Assembly (NCBI GenBank): GCA_043804515.1
Contig: JAZDIZ010000179.1
Coordinates: 1-13,708, forward strand
Reading direction: 5' to 3'
Source: Pseudomonadota bacterium
GTDB lineage: Bacteria > Bdellovibrionota_G > JALEGL01 > DATDPG01
Length of the DNA stretch: 13,708 nucleotides
Every line of letters starts with the position of its first letter. Position 1 is the stretch's first letter. Shown in pieces: positions 1 through 7,132 of the stretch. The notes under the pieces are model-generated. The model was not told where the DNA came from, made no database searches, and worked only from the letters and a program-made list of their open reading frames with translations. The translations under genes were made by a program, and so were the position numbers.

Positions 1-1
1 G

Positions 2-619
2 AACGTTCTCAATGAATTGGACGAACTGGGTGAAGGAAGAATGGGCGCGGTTCTGTGCGGCCTTCTGGATCGCGTCCTGGAACGGGACGGCAAGCTTGTC
101 GTGATCGAGCCCGCGCTTCTCCGCGTTTCGCGTAAATTGACCTCGCTTCGCGACGCCGTCCTCAAGAGCGGCCGGTACTCCACGCCGGCGCCGTGCGGCC
201 ATTCGGAACGATGTCCGCTGAATGCGGAGCCGAAAGACTGGTGCCACTTCGAGGCGGCTTGGGACCCGCCGCCCCTTCGGAGAAGGCTTGAGGAGTTTCT
301 CGATCACAGGGCCAGGAGCCTCAAATACTCGTACGTGGTGTTCGAGCAGCGGGAGAAAAAGCGCCCGGAATTCACGTATCGAGTGCTCAGCGATCCGTTG
401 GAGAGCCGGGAAGGGGCATGCGTTCTTCTGTGCTCTCCGGAGCGAAAAATCGCCCTCTATTACAACCGCAACTCCAAGGCGGGTGCGATCATCCAAGGGC
501 TGCGGCGGGGTGATTGGGTCCGGGCGAAGATCGATGCCAAACTGATTTCTGACGCTCCCGTTCGAAGATACGCCCTGGAGATTAAGGCCCCGGACGACCT
601 GGAAATCGGACGGCTATAG
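2..619 (+). CDS. Rsm22/METTL17-family SAM-dependent methyltransferase-like protein, 5'-truncated by the window edge
   Basis: Frame is open from base 2 (NVLNELDE...), so the TTG at 17 is not the start. Motifs VLNEL, LVVIEP, APCGHSERCPL, DWCHF, KYSYVV and LLCSP match the Rsm22 family. Confidence 0.8.
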   Translation, partial: NVLNELDELGEGRMGAVLCGLLDRVLERDGKLVVIEPALLRVSRKLTSLRDAVLKSGRYSTPAPCGHSERCPLNAEPKDWCHFEAAWDPPPLRRRLEEFLDHRARSLKYSYVVFEQREKKRPEFTYRVLSDPLESREGACVLLCSPERKIALYYNRNSKAGAIIQGLRRGDWVRAKIDAKLISDAPVRRYALEIKAPDDLEIGRL

Positions 620-1324
620 GCGTTTGCCGCCGGAGCAACTTCTCACGAAAGCGCGGAAGAGTCTGTCCGCGTGGGCTGCCTTGAGCCTTTCAGGGTGCCA
701 TTGGACGCCGAAGACAAAGCGGCGGTCCGGAGCCTCTACGGCCTCGATTATGCCGTCGGAGGCTGTCGCGACAATCCGGAGACCTTTGCCGAGCCGGTCG
801 ATGGCTTGGTGATGGTGGCTGTTCACCCGAAGTTTTCGTGTGCCCAAGACCTTTCCGAGCAGCGCTTTGGCATCCACGCGTATGGAATGAATCCCCTTGG
901 TGTGATCCCGGCTCCCGCGACGTTCCGTCGGAAGATCACGTACCAGAGTGCCGCCAAAAGCCACATTCAGCGTTTGGGCCCCCAGGCAGATTCCGAGGAT
1001 GGGCCGGCCCGCGCGGAGGAAAGCATGGACCAGCGCCAGATCGAAGCGCGTTCGCTCGTCGGGCGAAAGACGGCGGCGGACTCTTTCGGTAAGTTTCGCG
1101 CCGTAATACCTGGGGTGGATGTCCCCGCCTCCGGGCAGAAGTAGGCCGTCGCAGAATTGAGCGTAGAACTTCGCGTGGGCGTGATCCGGGGGCAGAATAA
1201 CGGCTATGCCGCCGGCCTTCTCCACGGCCTCGAGGTAGCGGCGGTACGTCCCGACCACATTGCTACGCTTCGGAAGGTCCAGAAGATGAGGGCCGATGCC
1301 GATGATCGGATCGCGGTGAGGCAT
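614..1324 (-). CDS. Peptidase C26 / gamma-glutamyl-gamma-aminobutyrate hydrolase (PuuD-like) class I glutamine amidotransferase
   Basis: Motifs LLLPGGGDIHP, LGICLGAQ (nucleophile Cys), VNSHHHQ and GVQWHPE (His-Glu of the triad). Confidence 0.9.
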   Translation of the reverse strand: MPHRDPIIGIGPHLLDLPKRSNVVGTYRRYLEAVEKAGGIAVILPPDHAHAKFYAQFCDGLLLPGGGDIHPRYYGAKLTERVRRRLSPDERTRFDLALVHAFLRAGRPILGICLGAQTLNVAFGGTLVRDLPTERRGSRDHTKGIHSIRVDAKALLGKVLGTRKLRVNSHHHQAIDRLGKGLRIVATASDGIIEAVEAPDRRFVFGVQWHPERLKAAHADRLFRAFVRSCSGGKRL

Positions 1325-1334
1325 AAGGAGCTTG

Positions 1335-1343
1335 ATTCTAGCA
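1335..1343 (-). promoter_or_regulatory. Extended -10 element (TGcTAGAAT) for the C26 gene
   Basis: Minus strand reads TGCTAGAAT, then 10 nt, then ATG at 1324; no SD in between. Confidence 0.5.
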
Positions 1344-1352
1344 AAGACCTTG

Positions 1353-1706
1353 TTACTTCGAGGAGATTTCGATGAAACGGGCGATCCGGTCCCGGTCCTC
1401 GTCCTTCAGGTCGGCGAAACGGATCCCCATCCCGGTGGAATTCGGCTCCCGCGTTCCCTCCTGAAGGTAGGTCCAGACCACGTTGCCGGAAGCTTCGATA
1501 GCAGTTTCCTCGTCGGGGAGCCGGAATCGAACCTTTACCTCGCTTCCGACGGGGGGAAGTTCACGGGCCAGGAGGAAGGCACCGCCGATAGAGATGTTCT
1601 TGAGTTTGCTCAGATAGTACTTCCCATAGGTGGCCAGATCGACGTTCAGTTCGATCTCGCGGCGCTCCTGCCGGCGCCGTTCCACGCCCTTCTGTCGCCT
1701 CGGCAT
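1353..1706 (-). CDS. Stand-alone PilZ-domain c-di-GMP receptor (TIGR02266-like)
   Basis: RxxxR (RRQER) and NxSxxG (NISIGG) motifs, plus VRFRLP, G.VVW and GMGIRF. Confidence 0.88.
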   Translation of the reverse strand: MPRRQKGVERRRQERREIELNVDLATYGKYYLSKLKNISIGGAFLLARELPPVGSEVKVRFRLPDEETAIEASGNVVWTYLQEGTREPNSTGMGIRFADLKDEDRDRIARFIEISSK

Positions 1707-1714
1707 CCGAATAC

Positions 1715-1743
1715 ACCATAGCAGGGACGGTTCGGGATGTCAG
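1715..1743 (-). promoter_or_regulatory. Sigma70-like promoter for the PilZ gene (probably leaderless)
   Basis: Minus strand: CTGACA (1743-1738), 17 bp, TATGGT (1720-1715) preceded by TGc; 8 nt to ATG at 1706. Confidence 0.55.
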
Positions 1744-1757
1744 TTTGCATCCCCAAC

Positions 1758-1786
1758 TTGTCGGAGGCGGCCCGAGTGGGTAGAGT
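1758..1786 (+). promoter_or_regulatory. Sigma70-like promoter for trxB (probably leaderless or very short leader)
   Basis: TTGTCG (1758-1763), 17 bp, TAGAGT (1781-1786), then 9 nt to ATG at 1796; no SD. Confidence 0.5.
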
Positions 1787-1795
1787 CGCCGGCCG

Positions 1796-2710
1796 ATGGA
1801 AAAAGTGATCATCATCGGTTCCGGTCCCGCGGGGTTTACCGCAGCCATATACGCCGCCAGAGCGCTTCTCAACCCGTTGATGTTCGAAGGGTTAACCGCC
1901 GGCGGGCAACTGATGCTCACGATGGAAGTGGAGAATTTCCCGGGGTTTCCCCAGGGCGTCATGGGACCCGATTTGATGGAACATCTCCGCAAACAGGCGG
2001 TGCGCTTCGGAAGCCGGATTGTGGCTAAGGACGTGACCCAAGTCGATTTTGCGCGCAGGCCGTTTCTCGTCGAGACGGCCGGGGAGCGGCACGAGGCTGA
2101 GAGCGTCATCGTCGCGACCGGCGCTTCGGCGAAAACTCTGGGCCTTCCGTCCGAACGGAAGCTGATGGGGCACGGGGTTTCCACGTGCGCTACTTGCGAC
2201 GGGGCGTTCTTCCGGGATCAGGAGGTCATCGTGGTGGGAGGAGGCGATACCGCCATGGAGGAGGCGCTCTTTCTCACCCGTTTCGCTTCCAAGGTCACGG
2301 TCGTCCACCGCCGGGAACAACCGCGGGCGTCGCCTTACTTGGCGCAGAAGGCCCGGAACCACCCGAAAATCCGGTTCGCTTGGAACACGGTGGTGGAGGA
2401 AGTGGGGGGAGACGGCGAAGTGAAAGACGTGTCGCTGCGGGATGTGAAGGCGGGGAAGACGTGGAAACAGCCGTGCCAGGGGGTTTTCATCGCGATCGGA
2501 CATACGCCGAACACGAACCTTTTCGTGGGACAGTTGGAACTGGATGCGAACGGGTACGTGGTCACGAAAGAGGGCGCCCAGACCAGCGTTGAGGGGGTCT
2601 TCGCATGCGGGGACGTCCAGGACCACGTCTATCGGCAGGCCGTCACGGCGGCGGGGTCCGGCTGCATGGCCGCGATTGATTGCGAACGTTGGCTGGAGCA
2701 TCATCACTGA
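1796..2710 (+). CDS. trxB: Thioredoxin-disulfide reductase
   Basis: IIGSGPAG (FAD), VENFPGF, CATCDG redox pair, VGGGDTA and HRR (NADPH), [17 protein letters not shown]. Confidence 0.97.
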   Translation: MEKVIIIGSGPAGFTAAIYAARALLNPLMFEGLTAGGQLMLTMEVENFPGFPQGVMGPDLMEHLRKQAVRFGSRIVAKDVTQVDFARRPFLVETAGERHEAESVIVATGASAKTLGLPSERKLMGHGVSTCATCDGAFFRDQEVIVVGGGDTAMEEALFLTRFASKVTVVHRREQPRASPYLAQKARNHPKIRFAWNTVVEEVGGDGEVKDVSLRDVKAGKTWKQPCQGVFIAIGHTPNTNLFVGQLELDANGYVVTKEGAQTSVEGVFACGDVQDHVYRQAVTAAGSGCMAAIDCERWLEHHH

Positions 2711-2751
2711 GACTGAACGTGCCCGCTCGACCGATCTGAGGCCCAAGAATT

Positions 2752-3261
2752 TTGAACTACGCCCTTCTCAGCTTCTTGTGGATTTCCACCGCAGGGCTTT
2801 TCTTGAATATCGCGACGGGACTTCGCTTGTTCCGGATCGCGGAGCCGCTGCGGCTGCACGTTGTCGTGGGGGTGTGCGCCGGGGCCGCAGCCGTGGCGGC
2901 GCATTTGTGGGCGGCTCTTTACTTTACGGGCGTTGGCAGGCGCCTGGGCAAGGCGGTCGAAGCCTGGGAATCGGACGTCCGGGAACGGATCCGGTCCCGT
3001 GTTCAGGAGACCCGGCGGAAGATTCTCCCGGGGATCGTCGCGGCTTGCCTGGTGCTTCCAGCCGCACTGATTTTGGGATGGTCGCTTTATGCGGGGCTCG
3101 TGTCTAAGACGGCCCATTCCATGGCGGCCTACCTGGCCGTGATCGTGCATGTGCATGTGTCGGTCCGGGAGACGTTGGCCCTTTTCCGGCAGGCGGATTT
3201 GATCGAGGAGGTAGACGATCTTGCGCGGCGAAAATCGGATTCAGCCGAAATTTCCGGGTAA
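2752..3261 (+). CDS. Hypothetical membrane protein (~4 predicted TM helices, several His)
   Basis: 169-aa ORF filling the trxB-GDPD gap with four hydrophobic segments; TTG start uncertain. Confidence 0.6.
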   Translation: MNYALLSFLWISTAGLFLNIATGLRLFRIAEPLRLHVVVGVCAGAAAVAAHLWAALYFTGVGRRLGKAVEAWESDVRERIRSRVQETRRKILPGIVAACLVLPAALILGWSLYAGLVSKTAHSMAAYLAVIVHVHVSVRETLALFRQADLIEEVDDLARRKSDSAEISG

Positions 3262-3994
3262 ACGGCGCGTTCGCGTTTGGCGGGCCGGCCACCGGGGATT
3301 TCCCTATGTGGCGCCGGAGAACACGCTGGCTTCTTTTGAAGCCGCGGTGCGGGCGGGCGTGGATATGATTGAATTCGACGTCACGCTCAGCCGTGACGGT
3401 GTCCCCGTCGTTCTCCACGATCGGACGCTGAACCGCACGACGGATGGGCGTGGCAGCCCGCGCCGCAGGGTGGTCTCGGAACTGAAATCGCTGGATGCCG
3501 GAGGCTGGTTCGCACGCGCCTATCGCGGAGAACGGATTCCGACGCTGGACGAGACCTTGAAGTTCCTGAAGGGGCGTGTTGCGGTGAACGTGGAGATCAA
3601 GATCGAAGCTGTGTCATGGAGGGCGGCCGGCGGAATCGAAGAAAAGGTAGTGAAAGCGCTTCGTGCGAGCGGGATGGCGCCGTATTCCGTGGTCTCATCC
3701 TTCTTTCCGCTCGCCGTGAGGCGCGTGAAGAGGATCGCGCCGGAGCAATCGGCGGCGCTCCTAATTTCACGGCCTTTGAGGAGGGATCCACTGCGATTGG
3801 CGTCCCGAGTTCGTGCGGACGCACTTCACCTCGCCGTTCAGCTCGTGGATCGGGAATTGATCATCCGGGCCCGAGAGGCGGGGCTTCCGATCCGCGTTTT
3901 CACCGTGAACCGGCTTCCGGACATGCGCAGGCTGGCCGCATGGGGGGTGGACGGCGTTTTTTCCGATCGCGCCGACCGCCTCGCCCGCCTCTAA
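3221..3994 (+). CDS. Glycerophosphodiester phosphodiesterase (GDPD/UgpQ family)
   Basis: AGHRG, APENTLASF, IEFDV, VLHD, NVEIK, FTVN and GVDGVFSD; exact start uncertain. Confidence 0.92.
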   Translation: MRGENRIQPKFPGKRRVRVWRAGHRGFPYVAPENTLASFEAAVRAGVDMIEFDVTLSRDGVPVVLHDRTLNRTTDGRGSPRRRVVSELKSLDAGGWFARAYRGERIPTLDETLKFLKGRVAVNVEIKIEAVSWRAAGGIEEKVVKALRASGMAPYSVVSSFFPLAVRRVKRIAPEQSAALLISRPLRRDPLRLASRVRADALHLAVQLVDRELIIRAREAGLPIRVFTVNRLPDMRRLAAWGVDGVFSDRADRLARL

Positions 3995-4089
3995 CTCCCT
4001 TCCTTCTTCTATTGTTAACGAAGAGACTTGCCGCCCTCCGTTCTGAAGGCGAATCACTCTGAGAGGGGTCATATTTGTAGTTCAGCAAA

Positions 4090-4156
4090 GAACTGCCGGG
4101 GGCTCTGGCGGCGGAGCCTTAGATTGCCGGCGGAGCCGACAGAACACCGGCAGTTC
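4090..4156. other. Inverted repeat / multi-hairpin between convergent genes (possible terminator or REP-like element)
   Basis: GAACTGCCGG (4090-4099) and CCGGCAGTTC (4147-4156) form a perfect 10-bp IR enclosing the hairpin GGCTCTG..CGGAGCC. Confidence 0.45.
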
Positions 4157-4184
4157 CACGCCGGGATTTTGCTATTCCCTCCTG

Positions 4185-5474
4185 CTAGATATTCACTTCC
4201 GGGAACGGAGGGCCCGGTTTGGCGATGTAGTATCCTTGGGCGAAATCCACGCCCAGCTTTGTCACTTCCTCCAAGTCCTCCCGGGTCTCGACGCCCTCCG
4301 CGATCGTTTCGGCATGGACTGATTTGGCGAGGGCGTGGACCGCCACGATCATCGCGCTCTTTCCGGGATTTTCCGCGGCGCCGCGGACAAGGGAGGCGTC
4401 GATTTTCACGTAATGGGGTTTCAGCTCCATGATGGCTTCGAGGCTGGAATATCCGGCCCCCACATCGTCAATGGCCACCCGGATACCCACGTCCGTGTAA
4501 TAATGGATTGCCTGCTTGAACTGCGAAAATTGCTCGATCGCGTTCCGCTCCGTGATCTCGTATACCATATCGACGATGGGCATATTGTTGGCCTGTAGAA
4601 ATTTTACGAACTTGCCGGCCTCGAAATCCGGATCGTAGATCAGGTTCGGGAGGGTGTTCACGAACAGTTTCCTTCCCTTTTTCTTGCCCTTCGCGTTGAT
4701 GATCGCCCGCTTGCGGCAAACCCGGTCCAGTTCGAACACCAGGCCGGTCTCCTCGGCTAGCGTGAAGAGGATGATCGGAGCCTCGATTTCGGAATTCTTG
4801 GGGCCCCGGCTGAGAGCTTCGTAGCCGAAAATGCTGTGGTCCTTCACCCGGATGATCGGTTGGTAGACGGTGTAGATCTGTTCTTCCAGGAGAATTTTCT
4901 GGAGGCGGCCGCGGTTTTTGAGCTCCATCTGGGACATCTGAAGCTTGGCGATGTCCCGCGCTTCCTCGATCAGGTTGTAGATCGTGCGGCAGGATCGGAT
5001 CATGGGGTTGTGCACGACGAAGGAATACCCCACGTTGATCTTCGGCAGCCCTTTGAGGTGCTTGTACAGCTCGAAAAAGAGCGTGGAGTGCAGGTAGTTT
5101 TGGACTCTTTCGCACACCATCTCCACGTCGTCCTTGGAGAGAATGTGGCCCGTGCGCTCCTTGCGGGTTTCCGAAAGAAAGATGATGAAGGAGTACCCCT
5201 GTACCTCGGTGAGAGCCACGATGTCGTTGTTGCGGATGACGATCCCGCGCATGTTTGTAAGGACCTTCGCGATTTTTTCGAGGATCTCCGCGAACAGCTT
5301 GCTCCCGAATTTCTCTTCGATCTTGCTCAGCCGCTTGCCGTCGACATACAGAATGCCGAGAGCGTTGTCGGACTTGAGGAGTTCTTCCAGCTGAGGGAGC
5401 ATCGCGAGGTAGCTCGAAAGCCCCCGCGATTCATCAAAGAGCACATCCCTTTTGGCCGCCTTAGTCGTCACCAC
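4185..5474 (-). CDS. c-di-GMP phosphodiesterase: degenerate GGDEF domain + EAL domain
   Basis: EAL motifs YQPI, GYEALSR, FVN, EITE, DDVGAGYSS, KID, EGVE and QGY. The N-terminal GGDEF-like fold has QGYSF at the signature. Likely start is GTG 5474 with SD GAGGTG 8 nt upstream (the ORF track uses 5534). Confidence 0.88.
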   Translation of the reverse strand: MVTTKAAKRDVLFDESRGLSSYLAMLPQLEELLKSDNALGILYVDGKRLSKIEEKFGSKLFAEILEKIAKVLTNMRGIVIRNNDIVALTEVQGYSFIIFLSETRKERTGHILSKDDVEMVCERVQNYLHSTLFFELYKHLKGLPKINVGYSFVVHNPMIRSCRTIYNLIEEARDIAKLQMSQMELKNRGRLQKILLEEQIYTVYQPIIRVKDHSIFGYEALSRGPKNSEIEAPIILFTLAEETGLVFELDRVCRKRAIINAKGKKKGRKLFVNTLPNLIYDPDFEAGKFVKFLQANNMPIVDMVYEITERNAIEQFSQFKQAIHYYTDVGIRVAIDDVGAGYSSLEAIMELKPHYVKIDASLVRGAAENPGKSAMIVAVHALAKSVHAETIAEGVETREDLEEVTKLGVDFAQGYYIAKPGPPFPEVNI

Positions 5475-5628
5475 GTCGTTTCCACCTCTACGATTTGAGC
5501 GCCTATGATAGGAAGAGTTGTGCGGGTTTGGCAATCTTATAGAGGGGGATTGGGGTGATTAGGCCGGGAATTAAGGCACACGTGCTAAGAAAGGTGCAAA
5601 CATCTTATAGGTCGCCACGGAGGAGAGT

Positions 5629-6198
5629 ATGAAAACGCCGCAGGTATTCAAGGCCAAGGGGAGCGCACTTCTGATCGCCGGTTTCTTGGGTTGTGGTAGC
5701 TCCGCGACGAGCCCCGGCTCGGGACCGGCGTTCTCCTCAATAACCCCGACCCTGACTGCTGCGGATGTTTGGCTGGCGGTCACAAACTATGCCTATCACG
5801 GAGAGACAACGGGGGGTGCCATAGGGCCTGATTATGACTGTGAAGGGGGAGGAACCGTTCACAAAGGAGCCCCAGCGAGCCAAATGACTTACACATATTC
5901 CCATTGTGTATTCACGGCCCATTTCTTTTTCCCAGTTCAGAGCTTACAACTTGAAGCGAACGGCGAAGTCTCGGTAACAGTGCCCGCCAATCAAAGTAGT
6001 CTTTCCGATTCCCTCCAACTGCACATCTCGTTCAGTGGTGATTTGGGATTTTCGGAGGACTGTGACTACACAGAGCAGTTGGGTGCCGGCTTGCTTCCAA
6101 CCTCCTTCTCCGGAACCTGCACGTACCGGGATTCAGCGGGCCAGGAACTCATAATCACGGGCGATGAAATGTTGACGGCGTTCGCAACCACGCAATAG
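5629..6198 (+). CDS. Orphan predicted lipoprotein
   Basis: Strong SD GGAGGAG upstream; signal peptide ending in lipobox FLGC (Cys22); S/P/G linker; four more Cys incl. CEGGGTV; visibly more AT-rich codons than neighbours. Confidence 0.7.
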   Translation: MKTPQVFKAKGSALLIAGFLGCGSSATSPGSGPAFSSITPTLTAADVWLAVTNYAYHGETTGGAIGPDYDCEGGGTVHKGAPASQMTYTYSHCVFTAHFFFPVQSLQLEANGEVSVTVPANQSSLSDSLQLHISFSGDLGFSEDCDYTEQLGAGLLPTSFSGTCTYRDSAGQELIITGDEMLTAFATTQ

Positions 6199-6231
6199 CG
6201 CCGGAAATGGGTGACGGGAAATTGGGGGGGA

Positions 6232-6282
6232 AATTGGGGACACGTACCAAATACAGGGCGAAATTCGTACGTGTCCCGAATT
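6232..6282. repeat. REP-like inverted repeat (GGGGACAC/GTGTCCC type)
   Basis: AATTGGGGACACGTAC (6232-6247) and GTACGTGTCCCGAATT (6267-6282), 15/16 complementary; extra half-copy GTGTGTCCCCGA at 6302-6313. Confidence 0.7.
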
Positions 6283-6336
6283 ATTGATGGCCGGTTTCGG
6301 CGTGTGTCCCCGAGATACCGCAAGAGGAGTTCAAAC

Positions 6337-6365
6337 ACTTGAGGTGCCGTTTTGGTACCTCAAGT
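6337..6365. repeat. 12-bp hairpin
   Basis: ACTTGAGGTGCC-gtttt-GGTACCTCAAGT with one G-T pair. Confidence 0.55.
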
Positions 6366-6370
6366 CTCAG

Positions 6371-6635
6371 CAGAGGGATGGCTTGCCTAGCCGTAGCCCA
6401 AGTTTTGAATTTATTGAGTCCGCCTTTGCTACCCGCTTTCGCCAAGGCTTCAGCGTGGCAAGAAGCTTCGGCGTGACAGCCTTCGCCTCGTTTCACTCAG
6501 CTCAAAAGAAGTCCGCCTTCGCTGTGCTTATCAGAGGCTGGCTTGCCTAGCCGTAGCTCTGGTTCGCTTTTGGGGAGTCCGCCTTTGCTGAAGCTTCGGC
6601 GAGACAGCCTTCGCCTCGTTACACTCGGCGACGGC
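6371..6635. repeat. Tandem pair of REP-like composite units abutting the duplicated tRNA end
   Basis: TGGCTTGCCTAGCCGTAGC at 6379-6397 and 6539-6557; GAGTCCGCCTTTGCT at 6416-6430 and 6575-6589; a 40-bp block at 6462-6501 vs 6590-6629 with 37/40 identity. Confidence 0.85.
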
Positions 6636-6653
6636 TGGTGGAGCTGACCAGGA
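6634..6653 (-). repeat. att-like duplication of the tRNA-Ala 3' end
   Basis: GCTGGTGGAGCTGACCAGGA is identical to 6933-6952 (last 18 nt of the tRNA incl. CCA plus 2 flanking nt). Confidence 0.9.
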
Positions 6654-6934
6654 GCGGCGACTCTCGTCGCCAGCGTTGTAGGGTAAGCCGCTCGCACCCG
6701 GCAAGGCCGGGTTCCCGCTCGCGGCTGTTTATTGGATAACTGCAACGTCGAACTGGCCGTTCGCTCGCGACGAGCGCTTTGTCATTCCATTCGGACCGAA
6801 TCAAGAATTGGGAGTTAACGGGGGCGGGACGAAGCCGAAGGTGGCACGGGGACGCTGGTTGCTCGCTGAGCTTACTTGAAGCGCGATCATATCGACCAGC
6901 TCCGCTTACCCCCGTTGTGGGGGATGCGCGGAGC

Positions 6935-6952
<18 letters not shown>
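6634..6952. mobile_element. Miniature integrase-less element or island scar at tRNA-Ala (alternatively an expanded tRNA duplicate)
   Basis: Bounded by 20-bp direct repeats 299 bp apart; hairpin-rich interior with no credible ORF. Confidence 0.5.
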
Positions 6953-7010
<58 letters not shown>

Positions 7011-7132
7011 ACGCGGCAAGAAAAACTGGGAGCAACTGGGTATCAAACTTAATGAGTGGTTACAAGAACACGTTTCTATATCGAGTTTTGGCTGACTGCG
7101 AGCGGCGCTCTGAGCTAAAGCCCCAGGCGGAT

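Noticed and set aside
1892..2746. Long antisense/alternate-frame ORFs (e.g. 1892-2746, 4836-5498, 9286-9939, 10341-11219)
   Set aside because: Shadow ORFs expected opposite real genes in GC-rich DNA; no motifs.
4020..4070. Glycine-riboswitch-like words (GAAGGCGAA..ACTCT)
   Set aside because: The core is incomplete (no CTCTCAGG) and the site lies between convergent gene ends.
6371..6635. CRISPR array
   Set aside because: Only two or three irregular composite repeats, no uniform spacers and no cas genes.
6654..6830. Integron attC site
   Set aside because: No complementary RYYYAAC/GTTRRRY pair in the right geometry, and no integron integrase.
6636..6903. tmRNA or group I intron
   Set aside because: No G3:U70 pair, no intact T-loop before the acceptor stem, no plausible Ala-ending tag frame, and no recognisable P7 (GACUA/UAGUC) core.
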